From NCBI GenBank assembly GCA_965112155.1, contig OZ218098.1: a DNA stretch of 64,000 nucleotides. One strand, written 5' to 3'. Within the stretch, counting starts at the first letter, position 1, and the number at the start of each line of letters is the position of its first letter. The translations under genes and the position numbers were made by a program. This stretch comes from Podarcis liolepis (taxonomy: Eukaryota). Of the stretch, positions 25,801 to 37,196 are shown piece by piece. The notes beneath the pieces are model-generated. The model saw only the letters and a program-made list of their open reading frames with translations, ran no database searches and was not told the origin of the DNA.

Positions 25801-28800
25801 GAAACAAGAAGGTCTTCAAAAAGCACCTGATGTTGAACAGAGAGCGGGCTGCTCTAATGTTGGCTACGAGAGAGTTCCACATAATTGGACCCACAATACT
25901 GGATGTGGAGACACAAGGAGAAGCCATGGACATGCCTCTAAAATGAAGAGAGTGCATATGCCTGCTTTCAAGATCCATCTCAAACTTCTTATGCCAATAA
26001 ATAGTTTAATTATTGTTAAGTCCTTGGGAATCTATTGCTTTTTAAAACTAAACTTAACATGCCATAATGTTTCTATCTTTGCTTTGTGCTCCACAGATCG
26101 CATTATACCACCTTCATTCACAAAGAAGCTGAAGGAAACACATGGGCTCTTGGGTTCATCTGCTGTACTTGAGTGCAAAGTAATTGGGTCACCTCCCATT
26201 TCTGTTTTTTGGTTCCATGACGGAGAAGAGATCACTAGTGGAGAAAAGTATCAAGCAACTCTTACAGATAACACTTGCTCTTTAAGAGTGAATGCTGTTC
26301 AAGAGTCAGATGCTGGAAATTACATTTGCACGGCAACTAATGTAGCTGGATCTGATGAATGTGATGCATATTTCATTGTCAGAGGTAAATACTGAAACTT
26401 AGGTAGATAATAAGAACAGGATATCAGGGGTTGGTTTTTTAAAAAAAAACACACACATGTTCCTTATATTCTTTATATCTTTTGTAAATGCAGCTGCTTG
26501 CCTTCCAACCATAACTATGTTTCATTAACCTCTTGTTACATATATCTAGAACCTCCATCTTTTGTGAAGAAACCAGAACCTCTGCAAGTTTTATCTGGGG
26601 CAAATATAACTTTCACAAGTATCATTAAAGGAAGCCTTCCCCTTGATGTGAAATGGTTTAGGGGTAGCGTTGAACTATCCCCAGGACATAGATGTAACAT
26701 CTCTCTGGAAGAATCAGTGGCTGAACTGGAGCTTTTTGATGTACTCCCAGCCCAAAGTGGAGACTATACTTGCATTGTTAGTAACGAAGCCGGCAAAATC
26801 TCTTGCACAACCCAACTCTTTGTAAAAGGTTTGTTCTTTGTTTTGGCTTCCTTTGTTTACACTGGAACAAAATCCCAAATCTCAGGCAATTATCTTAAAC
26901 TTTTGCTCTCATATTATTTCTGATAGAACCAGCGAAATTTGTGAAGAAACTGAATGACTTCAATGTTGAGAAGGGAAAGCAGTTAATCCTGGAATGTACA
27001 TACACTGGGACACCTCCTATTGCAGTGTCCTGGAGGAAAAATGCTATAAACATATCACAGTCAGAAAAATACAGCATCACCACTACTGAAACATCTGCCA
27101 TACTTGAGATCTCTAGTAGCAAACTGGACGATGCTGGGCTGTATTCTTGCCATATAGAAAATGACTCGGGACAAGATAATTCACAGGCTACAGTCTCAAT
27201 ACTAGGTTTGTAGATTGTTTTGAAAGTGACTGCCCTTTTTCATTAACTTTATGGTTGTTGTGACACGTGGAAGGGTCTGGCTGGTTTTGTAACTGAGTCT
27301 GTGTGCTTATTCTCTAGAACCACCTTATTTTGTCAGAAGCCTGGAACCTACTCAGGTGACAGTAGGGGATTCTGCATCATTGCAGTGCCAAATTGTGGGC
27401 ACACCAGAAATCACTGTGTCGTGGTACAAAGGAGACACCAAACTGAGAGCAACCGCTACCTCTAAAATGCACTTTAAGAACCAAGTTGCCACGCTGGTGT
27501 TCACTCAGCTGGGTAGCAACGATGGTGGAGAGTATATTTGCAAAGCAGAAAATAGTATTGGAGAAGCTTCCTGTTCAGCACTACTGACTGTTCAAGGTGA
27601 ATATGGCAATATGCTTTTGAAAGCCCCGGAGACAATGATTTATTGCTCTTTTAAAATGTGCCCGTGCGTCAGAACAGGAAATGTATTCTATGCCGTGACC
27701 CCGGACTTCCTTATTCTTGTGCCTTCATGGTGGTGTTGCAGCAGTGATCTGGCTTTCAAAACTGCTTGTGCCCACAAAGTTTTGACAGTGGACATGCTGC
27801 TTCTTTCCAATCCATGCACATCCCATGGGTCCTGCCAAAATCCTGTAACTTTTCATGCCACACGTTTCATGTAGCGTAGGGGGTTTTGTCCCACTTTTGC
27901 AGTGCTGTGGTGCAAGAGTGTCTCTCCGGGTTATCAATGAGGGGGTAACACACTGGAGAAGCATGGCATGGCAGGTAATAATATGGAATAATGCGTGGAC
28001 AGTTTAAATCCATCACTATTACACTATTATTGCCTCAATGGCATGGTGCAGAATATATCTGCAAAACATCCCCATGTTTCTACCTGTTCTTTATTCCTTA
28101 ACAGCAAATTTCCATAGATTTAATATAAACAAGTTATGATGCTTCACTATAGAACCATCTGTGTCATGGACCTGACTAGAACTTCTCTATGACGTAACTT
28201 CGTTCCTGCCCACAGGATTCAATCTTTCTGTTCTTGCTAATAGTGAATAATCAAACATCGGCTAATCTTTAAAAATGAATTCCATCTTCTATGCCATTCA
28301 GTATTTATCAGTAATGTTTGAAAAACAGACAATGACTCCCATTCAACTTTAGCAGCCAATTAAGCTAATTCTCACTGATTTCAATGGGATTTAGTCATCA
28401 CTGCCTTTAGCTAGATTGGGGACATATGTTGCTACAAATGTGCATACTATTTATGTCTATGAAAAAATCTTAAGCAGTGGAAATATAGTACAACAACTGA
28501 AACATTCAGTCAACAACACTCCAATGTATAATATTTGTTCCCTTGCAGAGCTTAAACTTCCTCCTTCATTTTCCCGGAAATTAAGAGATATTCATGAAAC
28601 TGTTGGATTACCAATTACATTTGATTGTGGCATTACTGGTTCCGAACCCATTGAAGTAACCTGGTATAAAGATGGCGCACAAATAAGAGATGGCTATAAT
28701 GTGCAAACGTCATACTTAAACAACGTTGCAACTCTGCAGATCTCACAAACTGACATGAGTCTTGCCGGACAATATACTTGCACAGCTTCCAATGCTATTG

Positions 28801-31800
28801 GAACTGCTTCTTCTAGTGCCAAACTCATCCTTACAGGTTTGTCAAGTGTCAAATGTACTTTTCTTTGATGTCATCAATGGGATGTTTCTCCACTTACGGG
28901 CCTATCCTAAATGATGAATATGCTGTGACTTGGGCCTCTTCCTGCAATTACCATGTGTTTCTTTCTTAACAACGTAACTCATCTGGATTAACATGTGCAA
29001 AGTTACACCTTATTTTTACTTCTTCCAACCTTTAGAAGGGAAGACTCCTCCGTTCTTTGACATCCCAATTGCACCTGTTGACGCCGTTGCTGGTGATGGT
29101 GCTGACTTTGAATGCCACATTTCTGGAACACGCCCAATAAAGGTTACTTGGTCAAAGGATAACCGAGAACTGCGAACTGGAGGGAACTACCAGATCAGCT
29201 ATGTGGAAAATATAGCCCATTTGACAATTCTGAAAGTTGGCAAAGGGGATTCTGGAAAATATACGTGTCATGCTAGCAACGAAGTTGGAAAGGACTCTTG
29301 CACAGCTCAACTTAATATTAAAGGTACTGGGTGCTTAATCTGTACCAGCTTCCATGATATCATATTGGCTTCTCTCTAAAGAACAGTGAGCAGATTTTCA
29401 CATGTGGGAAGGGTTTTGTTTTTGTTTACTTCTCCCCGCATCTTCCAAAAAGTCACATTTGAATTTCAGAGGATGACCTGTAATAGTGTGTTATGCAGTG
29501 CAGGAGGTAGCTGTACCTGGCATTGGAATCAACAGACTCTGGAGACCCCTCGTATGAGTGCCTTCCACTCACCTAGGAGGTCTCAGAGTTCAAGCTACAA
29601 TGACAAAGTGATGCTTTGGAAAACATCACAGCATCTGTATTTTGACAAGACATACTGGAGGAAACTGAAAATATGCATTGATGAGTGTTTGGGTGGTAGT
29701 CCATGGCATGTGAGCAGATTTCCATTTGTCCATTGGGACTTCCCCTTCCTCTCCTTCCCCATGCAGTCCCATGAACTCCCACAAATATGTTCTTGGGGGG
29801 CACTGAATCCTCTGGAGCAGATTTGTGGGAGCACTTGGTCTTCGGGGGAAACCGAGAAGAATGGGAAGTCTCATCATGCAAGTGCAAGTTTGTTCTGCTG
29901 GATGTGAGCCACTGACAGTAAATGGGGAAATCCAGGAGAATAGAAGACAGTTGTTCGGAGGGTGACAAAGATTTTTCTTCCTTTCTGACAGAACGACAGA
30001 ATCCACCTTCCTTCACCAAAAAGCTGTCAGAAACTGTAGAAGAGACAGAAGGGAACACATTTAAACTTGAGGGCCGTGTTTCTGGCTCCCAGCCTTTGAC
30101 TGTTGCCTGGTACAAGAATAACCAGGAGATTTATGAAAGCCCTAATTGCGAAATATCATTCAAGAACAACACTCTTCTCCTTGAAATTAAGAATTCAGGA
30201 CAAGCTGATGCAGGTTTATATACCTGCAAAGTGTCCAATGAGGCTGGGAGTGCACTCTGTACTTCTTCTGTGGTTATTAAAGGTCAGTTGACAGCCTCTA
30301 TGGTATTTATTTTTCTTCTTACGCTCATAAGCTTTTGGTGTTTTCTGATTGTCTAATTGCGCTATAATACTCATTAATTGCAATTAATTTTCTACATTGG
30401 GTGATAAAATCCAGTCCCACCTTATTTATTCATAGGCCTTGCAGGAGTTAAAGTGTAAGATTAGGAAAATAGTAGGCAATTCTTCTGAAGCTGTTCATTA
30501 CTTGACATTTCTCTTATTAAAAATGTTCTGCTGTTTACTAAACTCTTTAATAATGCCACTTTATGCATGCTTGAAGAGGCAAAAATAGTTTGAAAAAGAC
30601 ATCTTCCAGATGTTTTTCTGTAAATGCTAAGCCTTCTGAAAAAGTTATCTTATCTTTTCATCACTTTTTAATATAAATAATTAGTTCTCATACTTACTGT
30701 TAACAGTGCATAAAAATTTCATCCATTAAAAAAATGTTTTGGAAATAAATCCATTAAGGACTGCTTCAAAAGTTAGAAAGTGTTTAATGCTTCCCAACAC
30801 TTGAAGATATAGCTGCATTTGTGAGAGTCTGATCAGATAAGCAATATATTGAGTGCCTGCTTTTTCTTACATGGAACTGCTATCCATGTAAAGACTCTTT
30901 GAAATGTTTTTTCCCCTTAACAATATCACATTAAAGGTATCAAAGGTGAAGGATTGCAACCAATTGTGTAATATATTGTTCCAACCTTTCTGGCTTGTAC
31001 ATCTTTGGTAGCTTGGTGTGAAATCATCAAATTTTGGGCTGTTAACATAAAAGGTGATAATGCATATTTTGCAGCTAATTCAATGCTTTCATATTCCTTT
31101 CTCTTTGCAAAATAACAGCTTTATGTGCTACCTTAACGTATGCATACTTCACACCTCCATTCTTTTTGTACTACTTCTACCATATAAATACTGTACTGGG
31201 AAAATGGAATGGATTCATCAGCATCCGCTGCATAATCTTATTCAAACCCAGATCTGTATCTTGTTATGGAAGAGAAATTATTACTTAACATCTTTTCTTC
31301 CCTTGCTTCATTATTTTGTCCCTTCGAATGGCATTACAGAGCCCAAAAAACCACCAGTATTTGATCAACCTCTTAAACCGGCAACAATAGAAGAAGGTAA
31401 AATCTTGCAGCTCAGTTGCCATGTCAAGGGATCGCAGCCCATCAGAATCCAGTGGCTAAAAGCTGGGAAAGAGCTAAGATCATCTGATAAATGCAGCTTG
31501 AGCTTTGCTAATGGATCCGCTGTTTTGGAAGTCCAGGCAGTTACTAAGACTGATTCTGGCGAGTATATATGCAAAGCTTCGAATGCAGCTGGAACTGACT
31601 CTTGCAAGTCAAAAGTGACAATTAAAGGTACAGTGAAACTGAATGCTTTGGTGATGAAACAGTAACTCAAAATTCCGGTATCAGTCTATTCAGTATCTCC
31701 CTGTTACAGTAAATAAGAGCAGCTTCACCTATAAATTAGCAGGTCAAAACTGCTTATTTTTCCCGGGCAGGTGACTGCATATCACACTACGACTTGCATA

Positions 31801-34800
31801 TTCACATGCATTATTTCATAGTATTGCCATCCAAAATGCATTTGCTTCAATACCCTGAGCTAGTTGTTCCTTGGTATCCTGTATTTTATACATGACTTGT
31901 GCAGGGGTATAAAATTAAATCAAACAAAAGGACCCCAATACATAAGCTGGGTAGTATTTTGTGCATTTAGTCAATGGTCTCATCTATGGCATGGGTTGTT
32001 GTTGTTGTTGTTGTTCGGTTTTAGTGTAGTCCCTTTCTGCTCCACCACTTAATTCCCTCAATATTCTTTTTTCAGAAAAAGCAGCAGCTGCACCAGCAGC
32101 AGCTAAGAAAGCACCAACTGATGGCAAGCTTTACTTCGTCTCGGAGCCTCAAAGCATCACTGTCATCGAAAGTAAGCCAAGCTTTAAAAAAAATAGCCAT
32201 CTTTCATAATACTTGAATTTGGCATATGTTGACTGCTGTTTCCCCCTGGCCAGGGACAGATATTTTCTTTACCACATTTCATTTCTTTTCTTCTTCATCA
32301 GAGAGCATTGCAACATTTATTGCCAAAGTAGGTGGCGATCCCATCCCCAATGTTAAATGGATGAAGGGAAAATGGAGGCAACTCAACCAAGGAGGTCGCA
32401 TCAGCATCCAGCAAAGAGGAGATGAAGCCAAGCTGGAAATAAAGGATACAACAAAAACTGATTCTGGGCATTACAGATGTGTGGCTTTCAATCAACACGG
32501 TGAAATTGACAGCAACGTCAACCTACAGGTTGAGGAGAAGAAACAAGAAGTGATAGAAGGTGATCTTAGAGCAAAACTAAAGAAGTAAGTACCATAATTG
32601 CTCTAAGTTTTAATCTGAAGGTGAGGCAGGATCTGAACCACAAATATAACTCAGGCTGCAACCCTAAACACTCTTAATAGCAGTCATGTTCCACTGGACT
32701 TAGCAGGACTTATTTCTGACTAAACATGCCTCTTGAAGTCTATCGGACTATACCTGATCATGACACTCAAACTTCAGTCTGGTAAACATGTAGTAGATGT
32801 TATGCAGCCTTTTTCAGCCTTTTCAGCACTAGGGGCTAACAGAATGTTGTATTAATTAAAGTCTGAAACCACAATTTGATCCACTCTCTAATGCTGAGGA
32901 CAACAGCCATGAGTTTTAGAAAATCAAACATTATGGTTTAGGTTGTGCTTAATCATGACTAACAAGTCCCACTGATTTCAGAGAGTCTACTCTAAGCATG
33001 ATTCAATCCATATCCAATTGTATATGAACGAGATATCCCACAACGTGACAGCAGACCTACAGGGATATATCAGACATGCTGTTTTAAGGGCATGAATGAA
33101 AAGTTCTTTTTCCTGGTCAGAAAAACCATTAAGAGAAACTTGTCAAGAAGTAATTTATGATTCTCTATGGCATGTTACATAGAGGAATGTAAATTATCTG
33201 AAAAGTTAACTAAGTGCAAACCTATGCATTGTGCACACAGAGGTAAGCTTGGCTGAGTTAAAAAAGGATTCTAGATTCAGGTAGGTAGCTGTGTTGGTCT
33301 GACGCAGTCAAAATAAATTAAAAAATTAAAACATTGTCCAGTAGCACCTTAGAGACCAACTAAGTTTGTTCTGGGTATAAGCTTTCTTGTGCATGCACAC
33401 TTCTTGAGATACACTGAAACAGAAGTCACCAGACCCTAATATATAGTGGGAGGGTGCGGTGGGGATTTTCTCAGAAGGGTAGTAGGAGATGGGTGATTGA
33501 CTCAATGGGTATGGTAAACCTGTTAACGACTGCAATTAGTCTTACAGGAAAAAGCAAGGGATAGTCTGCAGATGACCAAAAATAGCTTTAGCAATTTAGC
33601 AATTCAGAACATTGAACCATTCAACACAGAGAGCATCTTTTATGAACAACACCAAAAATTCTGCCATTTCTATAGGACCCCAACTAAAAGGAAGGAAGAT
33701 GAGGAAGAAAAGGCCATTGATATAATGGAACTTCTGAAAAATGTAGATCCTAAAGAATATGAAAAATATGCACGTATGTATGGAATTACCGATTTCCGAG
33801 GTCTCCTCCAAGCCTTTGAGCTGCTGAAACAAAGCCAGGAAGAAGAAACTCATAGACTGGTAAATACCAGCATATACATTTGCTTCAGAGTAACTTTGAA
33901 ATGTGTTGTGCTATTATTGCTTAAATAAGTGTGTTCAATATTCCAGATATGCAGTTAACCAATTACAGAGATTTATATTCTATTTTGGAACTTAGCTGTT
34001 GCTTCTGATGTCATGAAGGTTCACATTTGGGGATCGTTTATTCATGGCATCTTCACAGCAAACCCTACTCAGTGTTGTTCTCCAAAAGATGTCAATCATA
34101 CCTCATCACATGAGTTGTATAGACTAAGAGGCATTGTTTAGGGACAGTAGAGAAGAAAAGAGGTGCTTCTGATAGTTTTTACTGGGTTCTCTTTGGGTAA
34201 CCTTAAGCATTTTGGAAGGATTGGAGTTGAGCTGTCCTGCATGTAAAGGAAGTTAGATCTGCAATGAATACACAGAACTGCTTCATTTTCGTAAAGTTTT
34301 GGCAAAAGGGAATAGCTAAACGCATGAAGGTTTTCTACCATTTTAAACCATGGTTTTTGCTCCAACAGGAGATTGAAGTAACACAGAGATCTAGAAGAGA
34401 AGAACAAGAGTTTGATGAACTGGTATCATTTATTCAGCAAAGACTTACACAGACAGAGGTAGTTATTGCCATATATTACACCATTTAATTATGTGTGCTG
34501 ACAACTGTAGCTAATACATAGCATAGGCTGTGCTCTGAAACAGTCAAACATATGAAAAATGTTTTTCAGCCCGTCACTCTGATCAGAGATATTGAAGATC
34601 TGACTGTAGTAACAGATGAAGATGCCGTGTTTGAGTGTGAGATTAAAATTAACTATCCAGAAATCAAACTTTCCTGGTACAAAGGCACGGAAAAACTGGA
34701 CTCTAACAACAAGTATGAAATAAGAATTGAAGGTGACCGACACATACTTAAAATCAGGAATTGTCAACTTGGAGATCAAGGAAATTACAGAGTGGTCTGT

Positions 34801-37143
34801 GGGCCACATATTGCCAGCGCTAAGCTTACTGTGATTGGTAAGTGCAAAATTTCTGTTTAACACAAACTTAAGCTTTGATTTTACTTGGCATTTTCTAAAA
34901 TATGTACTTGAACTTGCTAACAGAACCAGCAATTGAACGGCATCTGCGTGACACTTCACTCAAGGAAGGCTTTACGTGCTCTTTCGTCTGCCAGTTTTCT
35001 GTTCCAAATGCAAAATCCCAGTGGTTCAGAAATGGAAAGGCTCTTAAGATAGGAGGTAGATATTCAGCTGAAGTCTCAGAGAAGATGCACAGGCTCATTA
35101 TTAAGGATGTGCGAACAGAAGACCAGGGGCGCTATACCTGCAGGTTTGACCATCTAGAAACAACTGCTGACCTAACCATTGAAGGTTTGTATATGCACAT
35201 CTTTATGTAAGAATAAGCAAGTTTGGGGGTAATCTTGACAAATAAGACAGAAAAGACAATGCTGGGAAATCCTCTGTTTGAAGAAAATTCTGCTATACTT
35301 CTTCCCTCACCACCCAAGATATCAGTCATGCTGTCATTGTACACATTCTTATCTCAGCTTATTTCTCTTTGAACATTCTTATAGCTTGACTTTACAATGG
35401 GAGGGGTTTTTCCACCCCATTTCATCTTTTGGCACTTTTATGTGGAGGTTTTTACAATGATCGCAGCCCTTTCCATTGTTACCTGGCTTCTATTGCTTCT
35501 GACACAGCGCTGTGCCAACTATCTTAAGTTTCGGATCTACTTCCAGTATACGAACTCGCTGTCATGGAATGCCGAATGCTCAGTTCTTTGTATAACTTTC
35601 TTTGCTTTTTGGTGGAGTTGTGTATGTAGGCAAAGCTTCATGTAAAGGAATAATGGTTACATTTTCAAAAAATTGTTTCCAAAAACAGCTGAACCCATCC
35701 AGTTTACAAAGACCATTCAGAACATAGTGGTGAGCGAATACCAATCTGCAACCTTTGAGTGCGAGGTGTCCTTTGATGATGCAGTCGTCACATGGTATAA
35801 AGGCAAAGTTGAACTCAGGGAGAGTCAAAAGTACAGTTTCAGAAGTGAAGGCCGTTGCCATTATATGACTATCCACAACGTTACTGCAGATGATGAAGGT
35901 AATGTTACACTATTTGCTTCCTTCCCTTGCTGTCGTCCCCCGTCCCCCGTCCCCCCCGTTGCTGACAAAAATGATGTCACATAACAAATTGCCTTTGTGA
36001 TTTCAGGGGTGTATTCTGTAATTGCTCGTCTGGAGCCAAGAGGTGAAGCAAGAAGCACTGCTGAACTTTATCTGACTACTAAAGGTTAGTAAATGCTTTC
36101 TTCAACTTAAAAAACAACACAGGACGTCAGATGGAAGGGTGGAAATGATGTCCGCGAAGTGGAAATAATTTCAAATGCAAATCTACTTTCTTCTCTTGCA
36201 GAAATTAAACTGGAAGTGAAGCCCCCAGGTAAAGAAAAAAAAAGCATGGATGCATTTGTCTCAAGTTTTATTTTTGTATTTGAAACACCAGAGTGCCCAC
36301 ACATGATGAGGTTCTCTGCCTGTACATTACCCCTTCCACCTGAAGCCCCTACCCCTCTGGGTTGGATGCCAGTGTGGAGCCTCCCCAGACTTTCAGCAAT
36401 GGCCTCTGGATGTTTCTAGATGGGGGGTGGGGCTAAAAATCCCCTGGTACATGCACAAAAGCCTGCAGGCTTCATACTAAAGTTAGTTTCAGTGAGCATA
36501 GGCTATTTGTTCTTGCGTGTTCCAAGTAGGACAATTAAAGGGTTGGAGCCAAACTTAGGTGCTTGCAAATGAAAGCCACCCTTCTATCCTGAAAATACCT
36601 CATCCTTTCTTCCATTTTTGAAGGCCTCCTAACCCCCTGGAACAGATTTTAAGAGAGTGCAAGGGACTGCAGAGGGAAGGCGGAATTGGCAAAAGTCATC
36701 CTCTTTCCTTCCGCCGGAGTTCTGCTCCCACTAGCAGGATGCTCCTGTCAGTGGGTGAAACATCTGGATCTAAGCCAAATGGAATATTTAGAATGGCTTT
36801 TTCATAAGGGCAAATGACTTAAGAGTCATCTTCTAACTGAACCAGGACAGTCCATTCCATTCCAGGACACACTATTCTTTTCCTCCTGGTTTTTAATTTC
36901 TTCCCCCCTCCACAAAAGCCAGGAAGCGTGCTGCGGCCCCTTTTCATTCCTTATTGTGCTGTGCTTGGTTCCCGTGCTTTGGAAATAAGTTTTTGCACTT
37001 CTGCAAACTTCATGACAGATGGGAACCTTTGGCCCTCCAGAAATTGCTCAACAAGCATGGCCGGTGGGAGTTGTTGTTCAGCAATATAAGGAGGGCCAAA
37101 GTTTCCCCATACCTGCCTTAAGAGATTTCCAAAGCTTTGGGTA

Positions 37144-37196
<53 letters not shown>

